The notes beneath the pieces are model-generated. The model had not been told where the DNA came from. It ran no database searches and saw nothing but the letters and a program-made list of their open reading frames with translations. From positions 1 through 53,329 of the forward strand of contig JBNMOV010000001.1 in assembly GCA_051275765.1 (NCBI GenBank): a stretch of DNA of 53,329 bases, read 5' to 3'. The position numbers were made by a program, and so were the translations under genes. The DNA is from Maribacter sp. (lineage in GTDB: Bacteria > Bacteroidota > Bacteroidia > Chitinophagales > Saprospiraceae). Below, one piece after another: positions 53,181-53,329 of the stretch; positions within the stretch are counted from its first letter, which is position 1, and every line of letters begins with the position of its first letter.

Positions 53181-53329
53181 AAGTCCTAATAATTCTTTTA
53201 TTAAGAAGTTGGTACAACAAATGTAAAACGTCAATGTGACTCTAATGCATAAAGTTGGGTTTAAAGCCAGCGTTATAAATTTAATTACTTTACTAAAACC
53301 TCATCCACAAACAACCAAGCATCCGCCCC

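Noticed and set aside
1-53329. CRISPR arrays, IS elements or transposases, rRNA operons, retron/DGR reverse transcriptases, and restriction-modification or toxin-antitoxin pairs.
   Set aside because: I found no regularly spaced direct repeats and no DDE/HUH/serine-recombinase motifs other than the tyrosine-recombinase stub. No RT motifs or methylase motifs were seen in any listed ORF. The repeated intergenic words are irregularly spaced.
53285-53329. The minus-strand frame entering from the right edge (...GADAWLFVDEVLVK, stop at 53285-53287).
   Set aside because: Only 14 codons are visible, too few to identify or even to be sure it is coding.

Overview
The window looks like a chromosomal segment from an AT-rich member of the Bacteroidota. 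Three proteins end in T9SS C-terminal sorting domains, Rho carries a large basic N-terminal insertion, there is an ECF-sigma/DUF4252 module, several genes have TAnnTTTG-type -7 boxes, and there are no obvious Shine-Dalgarno sequences. I count about 40 protein genes, two tRNAs (Cys-GCA, Val-TAC) and one SAM-I riboswitch in the metF leader. Most genes are housekeeping: rnhB 3' end, upp, metF, pepN, qor-like, serS, rho, rpmH, rnpA, rsmG and priA. Several envelope or secreted proteins are also present. The one clear accessory locus lies at 16.1-20.8 kb. It is a decayed integrative element at tRNA-Cys, bounded by an exact 18-bp direct repeat of the tRNA 3' end. It retains only an integrase stub, fused head-on to a 5'-truncated T9SS beta-helix gene. 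A ~1.5-kb ORF-poor tract follows it. I found no CRISPR array, transposase, restriction-modification, toxin-antitoxin or other canonical defence module. The best candidates for undescribed biology are: (1) a two-gene operon at 48.3-52.7 kb that pairs a 1052-aa secreted FG-GAP/ASPIC protein, carrying an unassigned ~440-aa N-terminal extension, with a secreted phage-tail-fibre-like protein that has a self-cleaving S74 chaperone domain; (2) the tRNA-Cys island remnant and its T9SS cargo; (3) several families of short dispersed palindromic or word-like intergenic elements, including a two-block motif that abuts the start codons of two unrelated genes; (4) a GC-rich triple-hairpin element in an unusually long rpmH-rnpA spacer. 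All calls come from motif recognition by eye on the ORF track and raw sequence. No database search or folding program was run.
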